From Tubulanus polymorphus (taxonomy: Eukaryota; Animalia; Nemertea): DNA of 64,000 bases. The DNA is taken from positions 18,855,653 to 18,919,652 of the forward strand of contig NC_134028.1 of assembly GCF_964204645.1 (NCBI RefSeq). The letters run 5' to 3'. The position numbers and the translations under genes are program-made. The notes beneath the pieces were generated by a model. It was given only the letters and a program-made list of their open reading frames with translations, was not told the DNA's origin and ran no database searches. Positions 1 to 11,601 of this stretch are shown here, piece by piece; position 1 is the stretch's first letter; each line of letters opens with the position of its first letter.

Positions 1-2455
1 AGCCAATCAGAGATGCACGTGGATGTAGCGTCATCATTCGTGGTAATTCAGATATCAAGGAGTTGTTTTATTGTTTTATTAAAATACAAATAAGAATTTA
101 GACTGAGAAAAAAAATATAGCATTTCTTTGTGAAATTACGAAGCCTATTAACTCCTAAATATGTTAGTTTAATGTGTTTGTTTTGTATTTCAACCAATAC
201 TTATATGCTCAAATATCAAAGAAATTCTGATTGAATTGCTCATGACACGGGCTGTCCAATTCTACTAAGCGGGCATACGACCATTTTCATTTTTAACATG
301 ACCATCTACAGTCAGCTCAGTTGCCAGTGATCATAAGCGGGAATAGGGCACGTTGCTGGAAATCGAAGTGCATCTGACATAGGCTGGGCTACAATGGCGT
401 TTACTCTCAGTTGTGTCGCTATCCGTTAGTATCAGTCGCATCTTCGCCGACATAAGCTAGCCTTATGAGGTTTTTATGTTAAGACGATCAATGGACTTTC
501 TCAACCTAATCGAGAACGATGGGCTATCGTTTTATTGTCCATGATTGCACCAACTGACCCGTCATCGAAATATAACCTCGGGAAAAGGCTCGATTTTTCT
601 CACTTATTCATATAGAATTTTACATGTATTATTTTGTCCATTGCCTATGTTGACTGGTATTGCCAAAGGGGATTACTAATTATTTGAATCTCGGGCTTAA
701 GTGATCAAGCCTACACGCTGAGGTTTTGTCTCACGTATCATAACCTAAAAACGTCGAACCGACAATACCTACACCTAAAATTGTTCAAGCGTGTGTTAAA
801 AACCGTGAACATAAAACGGTTAACGCTCGACCAGTTAGATTTAATCAGCGCATTGAAATATACGTTTGTTGCTGTAGAACTGTCTAATAGTTGAATCAAT
901 AGGCTTTAAAACGTGTATCTCTTTCAAATTTTACTTTACTGTAAATAGAGAAGCGTCTCTATTTCAAACATTTTGATGGTACTTATATGTATACCCCCTT
1001 AGAACTAGCTCAAATGATACCTAATTACTTGCGTACTAGTCTTGGTTAAATTCGCATTTTTTTCTGTAGATGCGATTGCATGGTATTATGTACTATTCAA
1101 CGCAATTATGCAAATGAAAATCCGGGTTATGCATAACTGTGGGTTCTGAGGCAAAACGTTTGAAAACTTTGATCACAGTTAAAGAGGGAGAGAATGATTT
1201 AAAGAGTAGCTAGCGACACAAAGGAGTTGAAGAGTCGGGACAAGTACCCCGGTGAATTTCTAACAATAAAACCATATGGCGCAGTGAGAAATCTCGTCGG
1301 TAGTACTTGTAACGATGTACCCATGCCTATTCATTTCAAATAAAAATGTATGCGATCAAAGCGAAATCATTTGTTTTTAGTTATCTTGTAAGCAAAGTTT
1401 CTACCCTAAGGCAACCCATTTTATCTGTTACTCAATGCATCAACGTAACCGAATTCAAACAATTCTAATTGTTTAGTTTTTAAATGTTTTCCTTTTCATT
1501 GCATATACATACGTGTTCAGTACGATTAAAAGCTAGTAGCGAGCGAAATAATGATAAACACTGACCGACCTACCTATAATGTAGTCCATCTACGCGGAAA
1601 AATTAAGTGTACGGAAGTTACAGCAGGGGGCATGTGACACATTCCCTCCGTGTGGTCGTGAGTGTGTGTCTCATCTACGAGTAGTCATTGATTGCTCGTC
1701 GGTCTCATTCGATTGAAAGTGGTTCTCGTCTAGTCTGCAGAGGAAACCCGATCTCACCAATAGGCTTTCACATTTTACCTGCGTTACTACCGCGTTAAGT
1801 ATAAATCTATAGTCCACACGGGATCAATAGTAATCACTTTAATGGACATTGTTGTGTCAACATTTCATTCGTGAGGTTGAGTTCCCAATATAATCAAGAT
1901 ACGTCGCATCATAGAATGCAACCAGTAACGAAGCATATCAATCGGGGGATCGCTCACGTTTGGGTGGACCAGCAAAGCGTACTGCCATTCATAAAAGATG
2001 TCTTCTTGATTTTCGAGAGGACATAATTTCAACGAAAGACATGTTCATTTATGAACCTTCTCTTAATGTATAAAGACTCGAATACCTCCTGGATATCTTT
2101 TTTATTACTGTGAATTTCTAACCACGCGAAAATGTCCTATTTCGAAACCATGGGTTCTCACTGCAGGGGATTTTTCGCATAACAGGAACCCCTGTGCGAC
2201 CTTCTGCCTTATTGCACGACTCCCACTGTTAACCGCCGCATGTGAAATATACCCGTTTTGGATTAATGCAGAAAAAGCAGTCGCTCAGAGCTCCTTGAAT
2301 CTTGTCTGAAAATCTCGTTTTGAATGAAATGTAACTGTCTCGCATAATAATAATACAACGTTCTAAAACTCCGTCAATACTCCTGTCAAATTCAACAAAA
2401 GGCAGTCACATATGACATCTATATATATGTATTATTATATATGTATATATAGAAG

Positions 2456-2676
2456 AGGTATATCCGCATATTATGGGTATCCTTAACTTTTTGAACAACC
2501 GAGAAGAGATGAAGAGATTTTTCGATGAAGTTTTCTGCGTTAAAGAGCCTTTAATTTGATTTGAATACCAGCCGACGATTCAGAGTCGTTGTCGTGCAGC
2601 GTACAAAGGAATTTAGATGAATATATATATATGTATATCTTCATCTTAAGGATAGCCATAATATACGGATATACTT
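2456..2676. mobile_element. MITE with 31-bp terminal inverted repeats
   Basis: AGGTATATCCGCATATTATGGGTATCCTTAA (2456-2486) vs reverse complement of 2646-2676 (AAGTATATCCGTATATTATGGCTATCCTTAA): 3 mismatches; no ORF. Confidence 0.7.
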
Positions 2677-5470
2677 AAGTAACTTACTATGTAATGCAGT
2701 TGGTCCTCATCATTGAAATAAAGAGCTCACCTACAATATACTCACCTACAATCTAACCATCTTATCTCAAAATTGCTGGCACAAAAAGTTGTATAAACGA
2801 AATGCGGAGTGGGAAAATGTTAGGCCTACTTCGATGAAAAATGTTAGGCCTACTTCGATGAAAGAGGCTTTGGATTTGATCAGGACTGAGATGGACATCA
2901 TATGTCTTTTTAATTAGTTTTCACAAGAATGCTTATGACCGGTTTTATGTTAATGACATGGGTGAATATTGTGAATACGTACCAACATGTTCAGTGACTA
3001 ATAAACAACATTGGTAGTATTCATGTTAAATGACAATTTTATGAAGGTGTATAATTTGTTCTCTTTTTTTACAGCAGGAATCCTCTCACACGCAGTTTTT
3101 TAATGTTCGGTATCACGAGCGGCATATCTATTAATTAAAGCGCACAGGGCTCAGCGTGGAGCTAATTTTAGTGTTATGGGACCTCACTGGGAAACATACC
3201 CGGCCAATTACCCGATTGTAGCGTGACGATGAATGAAATACATAGAAAATACTTTCATTTGTTTTTATCAATAATTCGTCACTGAACATTATATTTTCAC
3301 ACGCGGTCTGGAGTCTTCGTCATAGCAACTAAGTCATTTTCAAAAATAGAAACGCTGGGACATTAAACATCGTCCCATTATAGAATTCCATTAGCCGTCG
3401 TTATTGATTCAATGTGATGATTTAGCGTAGTTGATTTGGTAGGTGATCTATTCAAATGTGGTATCTTGATATACAAAATGGGTAGAACTCGATTTTCACC
3501 CAGAATTTGCTAGAAGTTGTGATATTGCTCCTCTTTGCATCTTATTTTTGCACAAAATCTCCCAGGATTTCCATATTATGACCATACTCAATATTATGAA
3601 GCCTTTACTACTGCAGGATCATATAAGAGGTCGCAAAATGTCACGAGTTTGTGCCGGTATGTAGTTAAAGATATAGATTAATTGGACGCACCAACACTTT
3701 AATAACCGAAATGATATTGCTATTATGTCACATATACAATCTATGGCTTTCTAAAATCCTAAATGACTCAAGTAATTCTTTGGTTCCATCTACGTAAGCG
3801 TTTTGCTTCCACTTTTCATACCCATCATGCATTTCTTAGAGAGGCTAGGTTTTCCCAAATGCACCACCATTTTGTTTGGAAATAATTTTCGAGTTAACTT
3901 GTGATTGCGCATACGTAACCAGGTTCCAATTGGAATTCAATTTTGTCTTCCGTTCAACGATAACATAGTTTCACATACGCAAAAAGAAAGAAAAGACATA
4001 TTTCGACGCACCTAAAAGCGAACCTGCATTAAGTTAACCTTACGTTGGTGTCACTTCAAATACACCTAAAAATTCAACGAATGACAGAAATGAATGATTG
4101 CTGGTTTGTAAAAACTATAGAAAAATATTGTACTTACAACACACCTGTATACAGTGTGTCATTATAAAACACATGTTGTTTCAATTATCAAGGCAATCTT
4201 TCTATCAGCACAGAATAAAAAGATCTCTTTGAAAATCAATGCTTTATATCATGCAGCATTGTACATTATATACATACATGTTTTCAAAATAACGGTCTAT
4301 ACGTAGAAAAGACCTCCAAAATAATGAAATTGGTCATCCCTTTATGTGTGGTTGATATTGTTTAGAATACGCGCTCTCAAGGTTAAAAATTATTTTCACG
4401 TGTCGTGAAGTGGAGACGGTAAAAAAGATATCGACGAGAAGAAAAATATTTACGCTTGCTCTTATTATTTAACCGCATACGTGTGACTTTTGATATAGTA
4501 TAACCGGGGCGGCGCCACCTCATGTGGAATGGAGAAAAAAAGCGGAGGGAGCAAGACCCAAAATCTGACCTATTCTTTAAATTTTTTTGGCATCATACAG
4601 CGATATTTTGGGGGCAAGCCTTGTAACATATTTACGTTAATCCCAAACCTTACCTTATATAAACACCAGGAATGCTGTGAGGGTGATTGTCCTATTATGT
4701 AACAATCAATTATTTTTCGAGATACAGAATATCCTCCTTAACCTTACTGCTAGACAGTCTTTGTATATATGGCTATATGTGTTTGTATTAATTAATGTCT
4801 AATATAGTAGTAGGTAACAGTACCGGTACGTATAACTTGCATGGGCATTATTCATTGTGTAGTACGTTCGTAGTGTATTGTGTCCACGTAGCACTTAATG
4901 ACCGTGTCGTAAATTGATCTTGATCGGATCACTGGTTTAATCCAGAAGACTGACATGATCAACAAATTGCTAATCAATTATAATATCGACAGCCCATATA
5001 GAGCATGATTTGCAGTTGGAACTATCCCTTGATTGGTTTTGCGTTTGGAATTTTACAAGTTACCGGCGCATGTGTCCATCGAAAACTAAACAACCTAAAG
5101 AAATGAAGTAACGAGGAAGTTCCATTAATAATGTTCCATTAATAGTAAGATTATACTGGTCAATAGATCGAAATACCGGACATTTTTGTTTGTTGGCGAT
5201 GAGTTTTTAGCGGATTTAGTCATCGAATAACGCCTGAAATCCAGTTTCAACTTGTTGGGTCTCGGAATGTCAACTCGTTGGGTTTTGAATGTATAATACA
5301 TATAAACTTCTATTTTTCCCAAATTTCATTTCAGAGTTTTTGCAGGAAGCCAGTCATAGTGAATTGATTACATTATCTCTACCGAGAACCGTACCGGGTA
5401 ACGCTCTCCTTCGCGCGCCAGTGGTCTGTTCCGTATGACTACGCCCCGGACGTTAGGTCCGGTACTGCGT

Positions 5471-5511
5471 ATCACGTGATCGTAAAGCCTTTCACTTCCG
5501 GTTATTTACAA
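5471..5511 (+). promoter_or_regulatory. RPL10 core promoter and non-coding first exon (TCT/5'TOP pyrimidine initiator)
   Basis: Palindromic E-box ATCACGTGAT at 5471-5480; pyrimidine tract CCTTTCACTTCC at 5488-5499; donor A|GTAAG at 5512; acceptor TTTTTAG ending 5673, 9 nt before the ATG. This is typical ribosomal-protein gene layout. Confidence 0.7.
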
Positions 5512-5682
5512 GTAAGCTCGTTTGCGTCGTATTTTCTCTACAAAATCGTTTTCAATCGGAATTAATCGGGATATTGTCGCGAATCAATCTATTTCACCAT
5601 ACAGCAAAATTATTCCTGCGCTATTTAATTTGTTAAAATCCGTTCTAATTCGTGTGTATATTGTAATTTTTAGCTTGTCAAG

Positions 5683-8600
5683 ATGGGTCGTCGCCCTGCT
5701 CGCTGGTGAGTTTATTCATATTTTCTCTATCATCTACCCGTCATAATGTTATGATAATTCTATGGTTGGCGATATTTACCTCACAGACATTCTCAATGCG
5801 GAGTGAGAAATTTCCTTGTTGTCATTCCGCTAACGTTTAACATGGACTGATCATTTCGTTAATAATAATGTCAGTAATGATGAATCTTGAACATCAACAT
5901 CTACTACTATGATTATCGGATCAAGCATTAATTGAATGTGAACAGCAACTGCAGCATCAATGCATAAAAAATGTCTATTTCATCTTATTCAAATGGTTAA
6001 AGTTGGGTGCCGTTGCTCAGTTTTTAGAGGTAAATGGTAAAAGTGCTGATCATCCGCACCTCTCTCAAAATGCCGAAATGGTGCAAGCAAATTTGTGTAT
6101 TTAAAGGCAGTGGATATTTTGCCAATGCGGCATTATTCCTGTTAACGCTATTTTGTCACTTGCACGTTCTGATTGGCTAATGCGCACTGAGGTGCGTGAC
6201 TTAGAAAATTCAAGGAAAGTTTGGAGAACAAGAGATAGAGAAAAAAAATAGCCGAGAGCGAGATTCGAACCCGGGCCAGCAGATTATCAGCCTAACATCT
6301 TTCCACTACCACCAGGCTCACTCAAAACCACCCATAAGTTTTCACTAGATAAAGCCTCACCTTACCCTAACCCTATCCCTAGGGGTAAAAATGGGACCCT
6401 GAACCTCACCCTAACTCTAATCCTAACCCTCTGGACCCTCTAAACCCTAACCCTATCGAAACATTAACCCTAATTCCAATATAATGATGTTATTGTAATA
6501 TTGTATTACTATATCTTATTATATATAGCCATTGGAAAAATAGCGTTTACTAAAATAATGCAGCATTGGCAAAATATCCACTTCCATCTATAAAGGCAGT
6601 GGATATTTAGGGGTGATTCTTAGCCATAGACAACAGAGTGTTTACTTCTGCTATTTGACCATATATTGTCGCTGATTGGCTCATTTATGCCGCGCATGCG
6701 CAGGGAGGTGCGCCACTTAGAAAATTCAAGGCAAGTTTGGAGATCATAGTTCAAGAAAATAATGTGCTAATAGCGGGATTTGAACCCAGGCCAGCATATT
6801 GCTAGCGTAGCGTCTTTCATCCACTAGACCACCGAGGTTCTTGCAGCAATCCAGCTGTAAGGTTTAACCACATATAGCACTCAACCTTGCTCTATCACAA
6901 TTATCGAACAACGTTTAGGGCGAAAGTGCATAAGGTTAATATTCAACCCCCATTTTGATGAACAAAGCTTTGAGCGTCTATTTCATCCCTTAAAACACCT
7001 GCAACTTTTCTCAAGCTGACTGTTCTATAATCCGATGATAGTCAACTATTGTTTTGGCACAAATTTATATTTAATTGTGCTAAAGACTTAAAAAATTGAG
7101 TAGAGATGCAGTGTGAAAACTACTGAAAATGGTGCATTACTGCAACCATTGGTTATTTTGAAGATAATTATACAGTCTTTCTATTGCTGTATAGATTTGG
7201 TCGATCAAAAGTTTGACCTTTGACCCTTCAAAGGTAAAAAATATAGGTGGCGGTATAGTACAGGTGTAGTTCTGCGGAGATACAAGTCGAATGTCGAGTG
7301 ACGTACTGTGGTCAAATGGGTTAAGCTGACTTAAACAGTCATACCTCTAGTTTGTATGAATTGATAATTTAATTTCAGAATTAAACATGAAGACTTTTTT
7401 TTGTATTTAAGTTACCGGTATTGTAAGAACAAGCCATACCCGAAATCGCGTTTCTGTCGTGGTGTGCCAGATGCTAAAATCCGTATCTACGATTTGGGAC
7501 GAAAGAAAGCTCGCGTAGACGATTTCCCGCTGTGTGTGCATCTCGTATCTGATGAATACGAACAGCTGTCATCGGAGGCTTTAGAAGCCGGACGTATCTG
7601 CTGTAACAAGTATTTGGTGAAGATGTGCGGTAAAGAGGCGTTCCACATCAGAATTCGTCTGCATCCGTTCCACGTTTTAAGAATCAATAAAATGTTGTCG
7701 TGCGCTGGAGCTGATAGGTATGTACGAGCTTATTGGCTGGTCTTTCATATCAGATTTATTTTAACCCTCTTGGAGATCGTTGTACTTTCATCGATCCCTC
7801 ATTAGATGGAATCCTAGTCACTTAAAAAAGTTTTTGAAATCATCGCAGACCCATTTTTAGATAGTGGGGCATTAATGGTTTTCACAGGGTTTCGCTGGTG
7901 TTAATGAATCCTAAAATGCATGATTGATATCTAACCAAAAAATAGCGTCTAGTAGTGTAGAACGCTTTGGCTGCTGAAAATATTGTTGGATTCGACTACA
8001 AAACATGTAGTCTGTACTGAATTTTGGTTTAGGTTATGCAGACACAAGTTCATCAAGTTCGTTGCGTCTAATTGTTTACGGGATTTACGGGCATTAGCTG
8101 CCATCGTCGTTTACCAATGCTTTTTCAGCAGTACTCTAGTTATGGCGTTTCATCGATGTTCATTGCTGCATTTGATTGAAAGACTGGACTGGTTCCAGGT
8201 CAGACGTACTCTGATCGTGCCTCTCCACGTCTAATTTTTTAAAAATTTCTGTAGGAGGACCCTTCTTCCTTGAAATTCTGTATCTGACACATGTTTGCCT
8301 ATTGATATATTTGCTGTATTGTATTGTAGGCTTCAGACAGGTATGAGAGGTGCGTTTGGTAAGCCGCAAGGTACTGTTGCACGAGTGAATATTGGACAGC
8401 CAATCATGTCGGTACGAGCTCGCGATAACCATAAAGAGCATGTTATTGAGGCCTTGAGACGTGCTAAAATGAAGTTCCCTGGACGTCAAAAGGTAAGTGA
8501 TCGAAAATCCATTTGAATGTACAGTCAATGTCCGTTATATTGCCATTGCCCGTTTTATGCCGACATTTTTTGGAGAACAAATTTGCCCGATCTAACTCAA

Positions 8601-10249
8601 ATTTGATGAAAGTACCGTTCTTTATGACCCCAATTTTGTTATAACGCGATGTTTTCCATTACTAATGAATCAATCATCCCAACAGTGGCATTATAAAGAA
8701 CATAGACCGTGTTTCATGAACTTCGTACAGTTTGGTGTTTTCAGTTGAACATCTTTCGGTACAAATCTTTTGGGCAACAGTGGAAATTGTTGGGCTACAT
8801 TCAAGCCCACTAATGTCTGATCGGGATGTGCCAACGACACTTCTGGTGAACTTTGTTGGCGTACATTATATTATTATTTATAAATATCAATCTTGGCAGA
8901 TTTTCCTTGCACGGAAGGGTTCATTCATTCAATATCCACTAAACTGAACTGTGAAGTCAAGTCGGATCTGATTGGATAATCGGGCATGTCGAATGATTTT
9001 CAATAAATTTCTTACACTCATCTTTTATCATACGAAAATCACCCCTAGTTGGATCATAATCATTGTATCGAGTCTATAGTTAGCTGCAAGAAACTTTTAT
9101 TGAAAACATGGTTCAAAACAACCTATTCGGCCAAGTCGATGAAGATTTGAAGGGTACCATATCACTTATCTTGTATAAAATTGTTGCTTTCATCTGATTT
9201 GATAATTCCAGGAATGGAGGGTTTTTCTCTGATTCGGCTAACGCTAACATTTAATTTAACTGGATGATTCCGTACACTGTGAGGCAAGAAGCTAGTGGCC
9301 TTTACCTTGGGGATCATTCATTAATTACGTACGCATAAAATTTGAAATTTTCAACCCCCCCTCCCCCTCTGTACGCAAAATCTGCCATTTTTTCGTATAC
9401 ATTAAGCATTACAGTACGCAATTGTACTGACCCCTCCCCCCTCCCTTAATGCGTACGTAATAAATGAATGATCCCTTAATTTAAATGTTAAGTAACAGTA
9501 AACCTCACATGACTAACTGAGACGAGCAAATTAGTCTGAGTGAACCAAAATCCACGGAAAGGATAGGAAAATGAATTGAGAAATCAGAAAAATGATTTCG
9601 TGATGAAGTCCGAGGTGGCCATGTCTCACTAAGGTGAACTTTGCTGTATGAAATATGCTCTACGGCACATGGATTGATATTTATGTATGTACGTGGATCT
9701 ATTAAAGACACAGACCAAAATGTTAGCCCGATCAGATCAAGGTGGCCGAATGGCAGCCACTTTTTACCAAAATCAGCCCTCTTAGATGGGATCTACAGTG
9801 TTTTATGGAATATGCAACCTTCGAAAGATAAACTAATTAAGGCTTGACTATATTTTGAATTGAAATTCAATTAAACTGACAATATGAATGGTTAGTGTGT
9901 TTGTTAAAAATAAGAAATAATTAGGTCACCCTTAAATGTACGCTAAACTCGCGCAAATGCATTTTCTAACTGACCACTATAATACTCCAGAACCATGTCG
10001 CTAAACGGGACAAAGATGTCTCATTCATTATTCAAACATGAACATGTTTTTAATGGTGTGCATACATTTTTGTGACCCTTCTCTTTTCTGTAGATCTACG
10101 TTTCGAGAAAATGGGGATTCACAAAATGGGACAAAAAGGATTACGAGGAAATGAGAGCTGATGGTCGCCTAGTTCCAGATGGTGTAGTAGCGCAATACAA
10201 ACCCCATCATGGTCCATTACAAGCCTGGAAAAATGCCCAAAAAGCTTGA
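5683..10249 (+). CDS. RPL10: 60S ribosomal protein L10 (uL16/QM), 215 aa; coding exons 5683-5705, 7412-7717, 8330-8492, 10094-10249
   Basis: Spliced product [37 protein letters not shown]...[27 protein letters not shown]...[18 protein letters not shown]...AWKNAQKA*. All introns are GT-AG with consistent phases; AATAAA at 10272. Confidence 0.98.
6106..6585. mobile_element. TIR-bounded non-autonomous element with a tRNA-like module and (CCCTAA)-like repeats, in an RPL10 intron
   Basis: About 50-bp TIRs (GGCAGTGGATATTTTGCCAATGC... / ...GCATTGGCAAAATATCCACTTCC). Minus-strand tRNA-like segment at 6250-6318 with A box, B box GGTTCGAATCT and a T-run. Degenerate CCCTAA repeats at 6360-6475. Confidence 0.7.
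6595..6890. mobile_element. Diverged, truncated second copy of the 6106-6585 element
   Basis: Begins GGCAGTGGATATTT; shares CTGATTGGCT, ACTTAGAAAATTCAAGG.AAGTTTGGAGA and a minus-strand tRNA-like module (TGGTCTAGTGG...GGTTCAAATCC). Confidence 0.6.
9310..9475. mobile_element. PIF/Harbinger-type MITE in the last RPL10 intron
   Basis: TIR GGGATCATTCATT.ATTACGTACGCAT at both ends; flanks TTG/TTA; related to the element at 33797-34272. Confidence 0.75.
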
Positions 10250-10864
10250 ACTGTTTGAAATACAAGTGATAAATAAATTAAATGTACCCACTTGACGGAA
10301 ATCATTTGTTTGTAATTGATCGTGTACATTGTTTCCTCTAGTCGGATCAATCGACTGCTTTACTCGACGATTTCACATTGTCCGAAGTGTTGCATTTGTA
10401 TGTTGCAATATCGAATTAACGCCATTACAAACCATTGGTCTATTTAATTAAGGGTTTCTACATGTATAATGGTGAGCTCCAGTGGGCGGTAATCAAACCC
10501 TGACAATCGAGGATGGGTCGTTTTACCTTGACCCCCTTAAAGAACTGCTGAAACATGGAACTAAAATGTTATGAAGTAATTTGCAAGGTGGTTTAAACTC
10601 GGCTGTGCTTTTTTATTGGACGCGTAGTTGGCGCTGGTGTCCGACAACAGAACTGGTTTCGCATTCCGAGGCACGGTAATTGATGGTGAATGTTAAAGCT
10701 GATTCTAGCAGTCACGAGTTTGGCAATTTGGTAGCAATTTGGTTGACGTTTGCCTGTGAACGGAATCTTTTGACGAGCTAATGCAATACATGTACATTGA
10801 GAGTAGGTTCGAATCCCATATTATGCTTCGAGCGCAATTTATACTTAGCGGCCTGTCCATGCCA

Positions 10865-11030
10865 TCTTCACCCGTCAAGGGATTCGAACCCACTACGCTA
10901 AAGCTGTTCCCCGAACCCCTTGACCTCACGAGTCGTTGGAGCGCCAGTAATGAAATCACGCTTCGTGAGGCCAGGGGGCTGGTGGAAGCGAGTTCGGGAG
11001 TGATACCGGACCCCTGGCAAGCGAGGATGG
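10865..11030. repeat. Dispersed structured repeat (second, internally deleted copy at about 29025-29117)
   Basis: Shared TTCACCCGTCAA.GGATTC... and GTGGAAGCGAGTT.GGGAG.GATAC.GGACCCCTGG.AAGCGAGGATG in both copies; internal long hairpin present in this copy. Confidence 0.7.
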
Positions 11031-11216
11031 TCCATGCGGGTTTACAATCATAGCTTCCAGAACTGTAATTGCCGCTCTTGCTACGTCATTGCCGCTGTTT
11101 AATTAAACCCCAATAGTAGATTTTTGGTTCTGGCCGTGGAAAATAGAATACACAGAATTTAGAGAATTGGACCAACTACCACGGCTGAACCGCTAAGTAA
11201 TTGAAGAAACCATACT

Positions 11217-11601
11217 CAGTAAACCTTGCATAAGTCGGATCCGGAGAAGTCGGGTAAACGGAAAAGTCTTATAAATTTAGAGGACCCGTTTTTTTCATCG
11301 TATTTTCAAGTAAATTTCTGTCCCATAGTCGGATTTTACTAGTCGGAAACTCGATGTCGTGGTGTGGTCCCAAAATGTTAAATGTATTCAAATTGTTGTC
11401 TCAAAGTTGGATCATTTATTAATCATGTATAAAATTACACATTTCTTTCAGACGTTAAAAATAGGCTTCATCATAACCAGGATATTAATGTTGAAATAGT
11501 AAATAAATAAACACCTGTCATTTGCCGATAGTCGGATTTTTCTATCGGATTTGCTTTGCTAGTCCAAAATAATAGGCCTACGACTTATGCGAGGGTTACT
11601 G
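11217..11601. mobile_element. Tc1/mariner(pogo)-type MITE
   Basis: TIRs CAGTAAACCTTGCATAAGTCG / CGACTTATGCGAGGGTTACTG; internal AGTCGGA subrepeats. Confidence 0.65.

Noticed and set aside
1-25. CCAAT plus CACGTG resembling an ERSE
   Set aside because: Spacing and sequence do not fit CCAAT-N9-CCACG; it lies at the window edge in repeat-like DNA.
5706-10093. Intronic snoRNAs in RPL10 (vertebrate RPL10 hosts SNORA70); C-box-like RTGATGA near 5878 and 9600
   Set aside because: No matching D box with terminal stem, no convincing H/ACA two-hairpin layout and no recognisable rRNA guide by eye. An Infernal/snoscan search would be needed.
11005-11035. TCCTCGC (minus strand) as the L3 loop of an HDV-like ribozyme
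   Set aside because: P3, P1 and P2 pairings of the nested double pseudoknot cannot be built; the motif recurs as a repeat terminus.
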